Shown here in pieces: positions 38,250-53,290 of a DNA stretch of 64,000 nt. The translations under genes and the position numbers were made by a program. The DNA lies in assembly GCF_001194135.2 (NCBI RefSeq), contig NC_068992.1, positions 22,692,851 through 22,756,850 of the forward strand. Reading direction: 5' to 3'. The notes beneath the pieces were generated by a model. The model saw nothing but the letters and a program-made list of their open reading frames with translations. It was not told where the DNA came from and searched no databases. The stretch comes from Octopus bimaculoides. Lineage: Eukaryota. Position 1 is the first letter of the stretch. Every line of letters begins with the position of its first letter.

Positions 38250-38858
38250 ATATTCTTTTCTACTCTAGGCATAAGGCTCAAAACTTTTGGGAAGGGGGGC
38301 AGTCGATTAGGTCAATCCCAGTACGCAACTGGTACTTAATTTATCGAACCCGAAAGGATAAAAGGCAAAGTCGAGCTCGGCGGAATTTGAACTCAGAACG
38401 TAAAGACAGACCAAATACCGCTAAGCATTTCACCCGGCGTGCTAACGTTTCTTATTTTTTTACTGCCCACAAGGGGCTACACACACAGAGGGGACAAACA
38501 AGGATATACACACGTATTAAGTCGATTATATCGAACCAGTGTATAACTGGTACTTAATTTATCGACTCTGAAAGGATGAAAGGCAAAGTAGACCACGATG
38601 GAGTTTGAACTCAGAACCCACCTCGTCGCCTTGTTGATAACCTTATATCCTTTTCTACTCAAGGCACTAGACCTGAAATTTTTGGGAGGGGACCAATCGA
38701 TTACATCGACCTCAGTACATAACTGGTACTTAATTTATCGACCCCGAAAGGCTGAAAAGCAAAGTCGAGCCCGGCGGAATTTACGCACAGATCGTAAGTG
38801 CAGACGAAATACCACTAAGCATTTCGCCCGGCGTGCTAACGTTTCTGACATCTCGCCG
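38250..38858 (-). mobile_element. Train of three co-oriented SINE family A copies
   Basis: Three actggtacttaatttatcga...gcaaagt.gac bodies with two different tails; the last copy is flanked by ttgt(t/c)gataacct(t/a)atatc repeats. Confidence 0.9.
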
Positions 38859-39300
38859 CATTGTCGATAACCTAATATCACTCTCACTCAGCCCGTCGTA
38901 TCACACGTGTATAAGAATGAATGTAACTGTGAGGTATGTGTGAAAAGGGTCATTTCTTATTTCAACCCTTTTTTTTTTTATTGAATGTCCGAACACCACT
39001 GAAATTGTTCTGCAACAAAAGTGATATATTTAAAAAGTCTCATTATGGTTGATGGCTGATAGAAAATGGTTCCAGAACTTACGCTAATTACGCCAACCGA
39101 ATCCTATTCCCTCAATTATAAACACGAACAAATAAATGTAAATGACTTTAAAACATGTGTATCAATGATGATAAGTGCCAATTATGTCTGTCTAATCATT
39201 ATTATTTCCGTAATTCTACAGCTGAACAACTTATGAATTGAAAACAATATCTATCTCACGCTCCCCAACCAGCACACATGATGATATACATATGCGTGCG

Positions 39301-39354
<54 letters not shown>

Positions 39355-40385
39355 GACACACACACCACATACACACATCTGCCAAACTGTTTTTAATATG
39401 TCAACAATATTCTCATAAATGTATCTTTCAATGCATATCTAATAATATTGGTCTCTTCAGACAGCATTTTGCCAGGAAGCAGGTGAAAAATAAGATTCAA
39501 TGATTATACAAAATCTAACGTACGCTAATATTTGATTACATAACACTATGTGTTATGAGTGAATGAGGCTATGTTTTTACGTAGAAACTTCACCTAGGAA
39601 TATAGACATATTTATGTGGTGCGGTAAACAAAGTTAATTATTGTGTAATATTATATTCGACTATTTAGGAAAGTACAGGCGATGGTCATTTATATGACTT
39701 CACCAGTGAAGTGATTTGTTATCTCAGAAATTCTTGTTTTCTATACCAACTAGTGTATACTTATGTATTTAAGCCTACTAATTCTCCAAATACTAGTCCG
39801 GTAATAAAATTGCAGTCTCCGTAAGAATGACGGGTGAATTAGACAAAAGGATATCTGGACGCTGTAACTACTGGAACGGTTTATTGATTTGCTATCAAGA
39901 ATTGTATGTCTATTGTTTTAAGAAATTAGTTATTGGTGTTGCTTTGTACGGAATTATTTCTTTTTCAGCGGACATATGAACAATAATAATACAAAGGTAA
40001 CCACCGGCCATTTTGTGAGTATATAAAACTACGATATTCTATACATAGTAAATAAACGGGAAGTTGTGATTTACTTTTGTGGGCAATCGCGTAAATTTCC
40101 TCATGCTGAAAAAGTTGTGGAGCACTCACAGCTAGGTGACACATAAGAGTAATCCTCTTATTGGTCGATCGTTAAGAATGAATTAATATTTATAATGTGG
40201 GAGGTAAATGCATCAAGATGATATTGAATGTTATTCACAAGAGGCTCAGAATTGTGTACTGGGAACTGACGCAATTTACAGAGAAACAGAAGTGTAAGAA
40301 TGCTTTGCATTCCTGAGAGTTGAAGTTGATTCTTAAGAACTCATCTCTAGAGAGATAGTCGTAACATCATTACTACCATTAGTAT

Positions 40386-40592
40386 AATATTGGTTTCAAA
40401 CCCAGTAATTTCGGGTGAGGGGCTAAGTCGATTAAACCAATCCCAGTTCTCAACTGGCATTTATTTTATTGGCGCTGAAAGAATGAAATGCAAGGTCGAT
40501 CCCCGCGGCATTTGAACAGAGAACGTAAAGACGGACGAAATACTGCTGATCATTTTTTCAAGGCGTGCTAACGTCTCTGCCGGCCCGATGCC
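40386..40592 (-). mobile_element. SINE family A copy
   Basis: aatattggtttcaaa tail; aagtcgatta; gaacgtaaagacggacgaaatac; ggcgtgctaacg. Confidence 0.85.
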
Positions 40593-41646
40593 TTACAATT
40601 AATTTAAAATTACCCACCTCGTGCTTGGGTACTATAAGTATCTTGTTCAAAGCTAGTTTCGTCCTTGCCTCTCACAAGTCTTGGTCCTTCAGTGAATAAC
40701 ATACACATATTTGATCCACTAAAAAATGAATAAAAACTGCATTATAAAGAATCCGATAGAGTGAGAGAAATGCAAAAAAACATATCAAATAGAGATTTAT
40801 ATTAAAACACTGACGCACTAATCTGTCTATTATACAAACATATCCTCAGAAACAGATATACGCGCACGCTCATACACATATACACACACACACATCCATA
40901 CACACACACAGATGGATACACATACAGACATATACAAATCAGTTTATATATCATATATGAAGCACAAACTATCCACCAACCCTAGTATAGAAAATGGACT
41001 TCAAAACCGACGATGATGATGATGATGATAATGATGATGGTGAAATGATGATGATGATGTATGACGATGATCGCAGTGCAGCTATCCAAGAAAATAATCT
41101 CACAAATCTTTTAGTGATAGCCCCATGATCTTAATAGGCAATATATTGTATGAAATATCGATTGAGATGAAGACATTAAAGTTGGACCATAGCGTAACTC
41201 GACATATATTTCAAAGAAAGCCGAAAAATGAGGAATAAATCAGGCAATCTTTACGGTTGAGGAACCATTCAGTCAGAGGGAGAAAAAGAAATAAATTTCG
41301 CAAAAATGTATCAATATCGAATCGATTAATATATTTTCTTATGCAAAATAATTTTATCTCATAATTATAGTGATTTTCTTTTGTTTTTTTTTCTTCTATG
41401 TATCTTGGATTTTTAGTTCTTTAGCTTTTTGACTTTATTTTTTGTTATTTCTTTTCATAAATCATTTTTCAGTTTTTATGAATATCTGATCACTACACAC
41501 ACATACATACATAAATACATACATACATACACAGATAGGTATCTACATATATAACTATGTGTGTGTGCGTTCTCTTTCATAGTAAAATACATATATGTAT
41601 ATATAAATGTATATACATATATACATACATACATACTTATATATAT

Positions 41647-41689
<43 letters not shown>

Positions 41690-41940
41690 NNNNNNNNNNN
41701 NNNNNNNNNNNNNNNNNNNNNNNNNNNNNNNNNNNNNNNNNNNNNNNNNNNNNNNNNNNNNNNNNNNNNNNNNNNNNNNNNNNNNNNNNNNNNNNNNNNN
41801 NNNNNNNNNNNNNNNNNNNNNNNNNNNNNNNNNNNNNNNNNNNNNNNNNNNNNNNNNNNNNNNNNNNNNNNNNNNNNNNNNNNNNNNNNNNNNNNNNNNN
41901 NNNNNNNNNNNNNNNNNNNNNNNNNNNNNATATATATATG

Positions 41941-41971
<31 letters not shown>

Positions 41972-42597
41972 GCTTATAATGCATTTAGAATGTATATACG
42001 TGCATATGGACGTGCGGGTAAGTGCTGTGCGTGAGGATGTAATTTTTCAGCCGATATAGGTGGCTGTGTATACGTCAGAAAATATGTTATAGTTTATGTC
42101 AGATGGTTTCCTCTGGCTAAAGATAAAACCACGAAGACAAGTGAATTTATGTTCCTTTACTAGAATGGAATATGACATTTATACAAATTATAAAGAATAT
42201 TGTGGAAAAGGTATGTCTGCAGGAAACACCAAATCAAAGAATGTACAATTCGGTTATGGCTATTAATCGCAAGATATATTTATACAGTAATCTTAATCAG
42301 TGATAACATTACGTTATATGAATCATCGAAAAGTTTCTTTTCTTTACAATTTATTGACTATTATATGTGGTATTCAATGATCCTTGAATGACGAAACTAA
42401 CCATAAAAAAACTGTTGAAATATTTTTGAGTATCTTAACTTGTGACTTTCGTATAATATTTAACTGTGGCCAATTAAACAATGGAATAATTCCTTCTTGG
42501 AGTGTTTTTATTACAGAATATCAAAAACGCCAAACTTAACGTTTCTCTAAGCTATATGAAACGGAAGTAGGTAAATTATTATTGCTATTGTTGTTGT

Positions 42598-43177
42598 TAT
42601 TGAGTGAGAGGCCAGCGCATGTTATCAAAGTGACACTTTGATAACATGGTACAAATATACGAAGGGTACAAATATACGAATGCCAATATATCCTTCATGA
42701 CTACTCGTCTGTTAAGGGTACACCAGGCACATGCATCACAACCATATCTGCGCTACATGATAATCTCATATCAAGATAAACAGCGCATTAACTTGCAGGT
42801 GGGGCCCAGTTAGAATTTTCGTCAGCTCGAGTAGCACATCCTGCTCAACAGGTCCCTGAATAAGGTTTCCTTTAAGGATGATGAACAAAACACCCATGTT
42901 TCCAGAGGTAATTATTCAAACTCCAAAGAATTGCTCTCAACACATGGCTAGGATGCTCCCCCACAACTTCTCTGTTCGTGATCAGAGATGTACATATCAT
43001 CAGCCACTAAGGGACATGCTCACCTGGTTAAAGTCAAGCAACAGTCAAGCAAATTTGTGTTATTGAGCAGAATATTTGCTATAGCCCATCTTTTACACCA
43101 AGACGAAGCAACGTACATGATTACACTTCCAACCAGTTAAGATCAAAAGCCATGTGAGCCAGCTCCTGGCACTGCAT
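42598..43177. mobile_element. ~580-bp non-coding interspersed element embedded in an ATT/GTT tract
   Basis: GC-richer block flanked on both sides by (ATT/GTT)n. Recognised from memory as an abundant octopus repeat; class uncertain. Confidence 0.5.
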
Positions 43178-43200
43178 GTTGTTGTTATTATTATTATTAT

Positions 43201-43449
43201 TAGATAAAGAAGAAGAGTTCCCTAATTAAATTTGCTGAACACAATATTTCCGTATCTCACGTACTTTCAACGGGTTCGAAATTTGGTATGTCAGTCTACT
43301 TCATTTTTTTTTTATATAGCAGTCCCATATTATCTATAAAAAAAATGAAGTAGACTGACATACCAAATTTCGAACCAGTTGAAGGTACGTGAGATACGGA
43401 AATATTGTGTTCAGCAAATTTAATTATGGAACTCTTCTTCTTTATTTAC
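43201..43449. repeat. Long inverted repeat (arms ~118 bp, 14-nt spacer)
   Basis: 43201-43319 pairs with 43334-43449 with about 4 substitutions and a T-run length difference. Confidence 0.95.
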
Positions 43450-43492
43450 ATATTCCCTCCAGAAGAGTCATAGCAGTCCTATATTATCTATG

Positions 43493-43528
<36 letters not shown>

Positions 43529-45699
43529 ATTATTATTATTATTAGTAGTAGTAATATTAGGATATTAATATAGTCAATATTATGAATGATGATGATGGTT
43601 GTGTTGGTGTTGATGATGATGCTGATGATGGTGATGACGATATTTTTCTATCTATTTCCACACCAGCATTTTTCTGCTTATGATGTCGAAGTATTCCGAT
43701 TCTTCCACTGCTATATTTTCCGAATTGTCTTTCAAGAAATGTAGTAAAAATTTGCTTTTTTTTTTTTTTTTTCCTAAAACGAAACTAACCTGAATGAAGA
43801 GACTGATGGAACTATCCTCATTCCACAAGAGTAAAAATTTTTACTATTACAAATGATATCAAACGTTTCACTACTACGAATAATGATTATAATTTCTTAT
43901 ATAGGCCATACACAGATATATTATGAGGGTAATCGTTTGCTGCATTATTATGGCTCCAAGAAGCATGAAAACAAATCGATCTGGGCGTAAATTCAAATTT
44001 AAACATATTGGTGATCACCCAAATATCTTAAAGTGGTTTTATCCGATGCTTCATCGCTTTTGACAATCTACAATCTTTTATTGTTCCCAAACAAGCGAAA
44101 ACAATCTATAATATTAAATGCCAAAAACGAAATTCTGTGTGTCAGTGTGTCACACTTTGACATCCCTCTCTCAATGACACTTCTACTATTCCTCCTGCGT
44201 GTTGAGAGTAATAGTAGGCATAGAGACGGTAAGGGTGGTAGCAGACTGACAGTTGAGATGTTAATCGGGTGATACTAATAGTAGGAGATGTAGTTGTTAG
44301 AGGCGGAGGCGACGGTGATGATGGTGGTGGCGGTGGTAGCTTAGGAGGACAAGTATGATGGTGATACTAAAGGATGTGAAAGACAGTAGTGATGGGGAAG
44401 GCGGCAAAGTCAAAGGTGTTGATGGTGGTGGCGTCAAAAGTTTGAATGGTGTACGGATGGCAGTTGTAGTGACGATGGTGGTGGTACTAGTGATGGTGAT
44501 GATTGAAAACCATCAACAGAAAGAGAGAGAGAGGGAAAGAGAGAGAGAGAGGGAAAGAGAGAGAGAGGGAAAGAGAGAAAAAGTAAGAGGTTAGACAGAA
44601 TATGTTTATCATGAAGCTTTGCAATAAGTTCCAAGTCGACATATTATATCATTGTTTTGAAAAAAATTGATTGCTTGAAAAATATTAGTCACGTTTGATA
44701 AAATTTGATATGTACACAATGCAGGAAGTGTCATTATTGGGCTCAAGGCCCAATGAAGAGCCCTCCACAGGAGCTAGCTTAGAAGCCGCTCGATAGGACG
44801 GCTTGTAAGCTAGTACAAAATATGTATTACCACAGGAATACATAATATTTATACAATAATAATGTGGGACAAAGTGATACATATGAACAAAGAATTACGA
44901 TATTTATAAACAAAGCACCCACACAGTATTTAAATGTTAAGGATAAGGACAAATTATAACATTCAAAGGCCCACATTACATTTTCTTTTCTAACGTATCT
45001 CGCCAATTTTCTTGTTTGCATCTTGCCTACAGTGGTCAAATACACGGTAATTTCAACCGCCGGTCTTTCAATCGGAGACATAAATACATTCAGCCTCGAG
45101 TGAACTGCACAAACTCCCATCTTCCAAATCCAATTTGTATGGGTTCTTTGCCCATTTATAAACTATTAGTAAGGTTTTTAACAAGAGGCCATAACTGTAG
45201 TGTTCTTAGACCAAGGCCCGTTACTCCTTGGCATTGAGACGTAAATGTATGCCACTAAACAGTGGCAGAAATGCCCGACAAAAGTATACTGTTAAACTAT
45301 TGTCGAATATTTACTACTTCAATACTTCAGTCTTGGATGTTACCACCACACTTCTTTGACGAGGTGTCAAACTGAGTGAGATATAGCATAAAAATGTTTG
45401 TTTCTATAGACTTAGAAACTTATAATAATCGTTTATGACACCCACAATGAATGAAGGAACACAATAGGATGGCATATTGGTGCATATATAGAAGGAGTTG
45501 GTAAATAATGCACTTTTATGAGTTCTACTATCACAAGCATATAAATCTGACTTTTCAAACATTCGCTTCACGCTAAATAATGAAAATAATAACGACAGCA
45601 ACAACAGCAACAACAATAATAATAATAATAATAATAAAATAAAGATATCAGTAATAATAATAATAAGATTCAATACTAAAATACTAATAATTGATAATA

Positions 45700-45709
45700 C
45701 TATGCACAA

Positions 45710-45758
<49 letters not shown>

Positions 45759-45890
45759 CGTACGTATACATATTATACAGACATATATATGTATGTACAT
45801 GCATAAATATATATATGTATATGTATAAATACACACACACACACACATATATATATGTATATATTTATATATGTACGTATGTGTATGTAC

Positions 45891-45969
<79 letters not shown>

Positions 45970-45970
45970 A
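45700..45970. repeat. Compound (TA)n/(CA)n/(GA)n microsatellite
   Basis: Direct reading. Confidence 0.95.
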
Positions 45971-48018
45971 GAGGTAGAGAGAGAGAAAAAGAGAGAGGGA
46001 CAGAAACAGTTAAATAGATAAAGCAATAGATATGTTGTCTTTTTTCAGGCGTTTGCATTTTTCTAGTTCATACGTATTCAAAGACATACATTGGGATATT
46101 GATATAATAAAGCTCACAACATAAACAAGAAACACAACGGCAATAACAACAGCAACATAAATTCAATGATTGATAGATATATTTGATTTTTCTATCAGAG
46201 AAAGTGTAATTGAACAAGACTCCTGGAATTCATGCCAATGCAGAGAGGATATTATGAAGTATAGAAAAGTTCTGTTGTATTCAATATTATAAAATAGATC
46301 AGAAAGATATAAATTAAAAAGAGAAATAGAGAAATTGGATAGTAAGATAAAATGGTTTTGAATTCTGAGAAGAAAAAAAAATTACTTTATCTTTTATGAA
46401 ATAAATCCTATAAATATATAACAAATTAGTATTAACTAAAATATTGCATTCTGCGAGAATGACTTAAAACTTTTTGTGTGGATATGCGTATGTTTGTGCA
46501 AGGGTAAATATGAATAACATTTCATTACTCTATGTTTATTGCTAAGCAAGTGTTCGATAGGATATGTGGTGAGATTATAGCGCTGTCATTCTACACCCAC
46601 TCACGACTACGCACGCAGATGCATGCATTCGCGGACGAACAAAATGTTATGTCGATGCAAGACAGATAAATTTAAACTACATGGTATGATAGACTCTTCT
46701 TACTCTTTTTTGATAATCATAAACGCACAACATCTTTGTTATGAATGCTATCTATATTATGCGAATTGTGTCAGTTGTGTATAATTTTATGCACACAGTG
46801 TCGTGTTATATCTGCAATGCAGGAAGCTCTAGTCCAGGAGAATTTGCATACATAGAATATTCTACGTCGCCTATGCTACACATTTCTACAAACACAGATT
46901 TATTATCGAATTACTTCATACAGCGTATTGGAACAAAATAAATAGGACAACATTGAATAAAAGCGACTTTTCTTGAAGGCTGAAGACAAGTTAGATTTGA
47001 TTACACTGTCTCAAGTAATACCCGTCTTCGTAGTGAACTACATTTTATCGTCATTGCTTTTAATAATTTACTAACTAAAATATACCTTTAACAAAGAGTA
47101 TTTAATGGAAATACGTGGTGAATAATATGAAACTTCTCTGCAAAACCAGGGTCGCATTGTTTTTCATCCATCTCTAAATCTAGTATCGCAAATGCAAATG
47201 TTGTCTCTCTGTTTTAATTATTGTCGCACAAATTTTGTGCCACAGTTATTTTCTTGTGTTCACGACAGAATGAGCCATTAGGATATATACGGAATCCTAA
47301 ATAGTTTCTATAAAATTCTTAAATTACTTTATTTTCAATTAATTATGCATCTTGCAGCACAAAACACTTTTCCCTAGTTCATCTCTTCTATAAGCGCTTA
47401 TCTACATATAGACAGTTTCTACTTAACAAGTGCTGAAATCTTAGTCAGAAATAAGTAAGTTAACCTTGTTCATCTATGTCTGTTTTAAATTCACATTCTA
47501 TAATCAAACTTTTAAAAATTCTGAATTCACACATGAAAGTTCTACTGGTATTGCCGAGATGACAACAATTTTGCCAATACATTCCAAGGAAGTCAATTTT
47601 CTTACAAGAAACCACAGAAATTTCAGATATAAAATTTCAAACAAAACAGAGAGAAATATTTATTTATATGCCAATCCGGTTGCAAAAGTATTTATTGATA
47701 TAATAAAATATTCATTTCTGTCGCTGTATTAAGTTTAATGCAAATATTATTTCTATGATTCAATGAAGCTGAAACGAATGTAATGTAACACGAATATATA
47801 GTATATTGTGAGGTAAATACATAAATGTAAATATGCACATATTTGTATCAATCTATGTACTTACATATACATAAACATATTAAATATATACATATATGTG
47901 TGCGCATGCGTGCGTGTGCGCTTGCGCAAGCGTGTATCTGTGTATGTATGTTTCCATATGTTGACATTTTAAAGACGTTGTCAACATTTTCCTCATAAAG
48001 CTAACATATGAGTATATG

Positions 48019-48069
<51 letters not shown>

Positions 48070-48214
48070 GCGAATGTGTGTGTGTGTATGTCTGCGTATG
48101 CACAGAAATATAACACTTAATAACATGATCGACCAGACTATGGTTTGCTGTTATACAAGTTTGGTGACAATGCACTTTGAAGCGCTTTAAATTTCGAATG
48201 AAGCTACCTAGCTG

Positions 48215-48300
48215 GGTACGCGAGCGGGCCATCTGAGTGAGTTTCTTGGTCAGTGACCAACTCTCAGACTCGTACAACAGCACAGACTCCGCTCCACATA
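48215..48300 (-). mobile_element. Small RTE-type LINE RT C-terminal fragment
   Basis: ESVLLYESESWSLTKKLTQM (cf. ESVLLYGSESWTLTKKL). Confidence 0.6.
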
Positions 48301-48321
48301 GCCGTAATATATGAATATATA

Positions 48322-48370
<49 letters not shown>

Positions 48371-48823
48371 GTTCAGTAGTTTTGTTTTTATAACGTGTTT
48401 TCACTTCACTACCGAGCGCAGCTCTGTGTGCCTTGGGTATGTGCTGTGGTTTGCTGTGATGCTCTTATGGTTACTGTATTGAAATTGTTTTGCGTAGGAT
48501 ATGTGCAGTTCCCAGTAGTGCAATTTTTTGTATGTTATATATATTTGTAAGTCCTGGTGTTTTTGTTATGTATTTGTCTGAATATTTTTTATTATACCTA
48601 AGGCACCTACTATGATAGGGATTGTTTCTGTTTTTAGATTTCACATTCGAGTTACCTCTATTTCCAGGTCTTTGTATTTTGAAAGTTTTTCCATTTCTTT
48701 TAGGGACACGTTGTCATCTGCTGGTATTGATGCATCAAATAGAAAGCATTTTTTTCTTCATGATCTGGTCTATTTGCCTTAATTTCTCTATCTTCTGGTC
48801 TATTTGCCTTAATTTCTCTATCT
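48371..48823 (-). mobile_element. R4/Dong-clade LINE 3' end with (TAA)n tail
   Basis: DREIKANRPDHEEKKCFLFDASIPADDNVSLKEMEKLSKYKDLEIEVTRMWNLKTETIPIIVGALGIIK...QKIALLGTAHILRKTISIQ*, then UTR and the (TAA)n tract at ~48324-48370. Confidence 0.9.
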
Positions 48824-48837
48824 TTATTATCATTATT

Positions 48838-50721
<1,884 letters not shown>

Positions 50722-50998
50722 NNNNNNNNNNNNNNNNNNNNNNNNNNNNNNNNNNNNNNNNNNNNNNNNNNNNNNNNNNNNNNNNNNNNNNNNNNNNNNN
50801 NNNNNNNNNNNNNNNNNNNNNNNNNNNNNNNNNNNNNNNNNNNNNNNNNNNNNNNNNNNNNNNNNNNNNNNNNNNNNNNNNNNNNNNNNNNNNNNNNNNN
50901 NNNNNNNNNNNNNNNNNNNNNNNNNNNNNNNNNNNNNNNNNNNNNNNNNNNNNNNNNNNNNNNNNNNNNNNNNNNNNNNNNNNNNNNNNNNNNNNNNN

Positions 50999-51232
50999 CG
51001 ATAAAATAAGTACCACTGGGGTCGATGTAATTGACTCATTCTTTCCCCCAAAATTGCTGCCCCTGTGGAAGAATTTGAAACCATTATCATTATTATTATT
51101 ATTATTATTGTTATTATCCATCTTTCATACATTTTGTTGGTCGATAAAATGAGTACCAGTTGAACTTTGGGGCCGATCTAATCGACTGACTCTTCCTCAA
51201 ATCTTTCAGGTCTTGTATCAATTATAGAAAGA
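50999..51232 (+). mobile_element. Two SINE family A 3' fragments
   Basis: cgataaaat(a/g)agtacca...gggg(t/c)cgat at 50999 and 51141. Confidence 0.75.
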
Positions 51233-51419
51233 TGTATTCCTATTATCACTACAAATCGGCAGAATTTACGATATCGACCAATGTCCAACGGTTTCGTTCA
51301 TGGCACTTATCGAATAGTCATTTAAAATGCTACGACAGGTACATGAATCCAGGACTCTGGGTCGCTTGGCAACTACTGCCTTTACAAAAACAAAAACAAC
51401 AACAACAAGAAAAATAAGT

Positions 51420-51530
51420 GACAGGTTCCACACAGATGACTTCAGCCAAACTCATTTGCCAAAAATTGGTCCTACGGTGCTATAGTAGAAGACACTTCAC
51501 CAAGGTAACCCGCAACAGGACTGACTGAAC
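51420..51530 (-). mobile_element. Degraded SINE family B fragment
   Basis: ctatagtagaagacactt..ccaagg matches the family B central box. Confidence 0.55.
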
Positions 51531-52571
51531 ACAATATATATACATATATAATTGTATATCTGTATGAATAGAAATGCATACATACACACACAAACACACA
51601 TATATCTATACATATATTTTATCGTGTAACAATTTTTATTTTTGGAGATGGCTCAAGATTAGTTTTGAAGATTAAAGTTTATATTGTCCAACATAATTTA
51701 ATAGATTAATACTACTAATACTAATTTCATTGATTTATTTACAAATACGAGACCAGGTTTGTATGAGATGGCATATAATGATGCTAATTTTATTCTTTGA
51801 CGTTTAGCCTTTTAAGCTTGTTCTTAATTTTACCAATTATTGATGTGTCTAATGAATTAGAAATAAATATCTCATTACAAAAGATGAGATTTCTGATAAC
51901 TCCCAGAGAATGTAAATTAGTGTGTGGAGAAATACAGCGACGTGTCTAGTGTGGGGGAAGAACGCACATTCAATGAACTTACTGTTCATTTCTGAAGTCT
52001 TTTATAAACCAAGAAATATTCCCCCTTTAACAAATTCTTCCCTCCACCGTTATCCCTACCACCACAAATCTAATTATCATCACCGTCAGAATAATCGTAC
52101 AATTAAATGATATCTCGATATTTTGATTTACATTTTATTGGTCAGATACTACAACGAAAAATAGATTTCATATCTATCATAACATACGAATGGTAACTAG
52201 TTGAAATGGCAAAAAGAAGATTTATGTATGCACCTTAATGTCTGATTTACGTGTGCCCAGGTCGACATTGTCTTCGACAGGTTCTGTACAAATTAATTAA
52301 AACTTATACATGAATTAAGTCGACCCAATCGGTTACACCTTAACTCTAACACTTTCTTTGTTCATCTATTATAAGGCAGAGAGTGAGCCAGAGTAAGCAA
52401 TAAATTAAGACTGATACATAGTTTGATTTAACAAATGAATCCATTGCAGTTTATGGATGCAATTAATGCACTTGCAAAATGTATGGAATTTACAAGTCAT
52501 ACCAATGGCCGCAAATTAGAATCATTTAGAGCATAGAATAGGAAGCTTTACCATATTTCTTGGAGTTTCAG

Positions 52572-52995
52572 GGCGGCGAACTGGCAGAATCGTTAGTACC
52601 CCGGGCAAAATTCTTACCAGCATTGCGTCAGTCTACGTTCTGAGTTCAAATTCCGACGGGGTCCACTTCGCCTTTCATTCTTTTTGGGTTGTAAATATTA
52701 ATATAAATTGAGCAGTCAAGTTGATGTGATAGACTTACCTTCCCCACACCGCTTTTACTCCTTTTGTGCCAAAATTTGAAACGAAGCCAATATTTCTCGC
52801 AAATTTAAGGCGATGAGCTGGTAGAGCCATTAGCACGCCGGCCAAAATGCTTAGCATTTCGTCTGTCCTGCTCTGAGTTCGAATATCGTCGAGGTCAACT
52901 TTGCCTTTTATCCTTTTGAGAGTCGATAAATTCAGCAGCAGTTTAACACTGGGGATGATGCAATCGACTTTGCCACTTCTCCGAAATAACTCTTG
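52572..52995 (+). mobile_element. Two tandem SINE family A copies
   Basis: Heads ggcggcgaactggcagaatcgttag (52572) and ggcgatgagctggtagagccattag (52809), each with a ctgagttc B box. Confidence 0.88.
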
Positions 52996-53059
52996 CATTT
53001 CTGTGACGTCTGAGTTCAAAACCAGTCAAAGATATCTTTGCATATCACCCTTTCATTGT

Positions 53060-53290
53060 AAAAGATAAGGCATTTTTAGAATTGTTCAAAAAGGTCTTGC
53101 GCCATTTGTTCAGGTCTTTTTGTACATACTGATTTCATACTTCTCTTGCTAGAAACGATGTTGCATTTACCGAAGTTTATCAAGTGTAGTAGGAAAAATG
53201 GAAATTCCATAATGCAACACATTTCCAGTAAGTTGGTGATTCTTAAGATATATTGCCAAATAAAATTTATGCATAAATTAACAATCAACT
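53060..53290 (-). mobile_element. Penelope-like GIY-YIG endonuclease C-terminal remnant
   Basis: With frameshifts: FIWQ/LKNHQ...GKCNI/QEKYEISMYK (cf. YIWQLK...KCNLCLQEKYEI). Confidence 0.55.

Noticed and set aside
31243-38860. CRISPR-like recurring ~30-bp words (actggtacttaatttatcgac...)
   Set aside because: They are parts of SINE bodies with irregular spacing, and there are no cas genes.
39969-40014. Candidate exon after tttctttttcag with gtaacc/gtgagt donors (GHMNNNNTKVTTGHF)
   Set aside because: No homology I recognise; needs RNA-seq.
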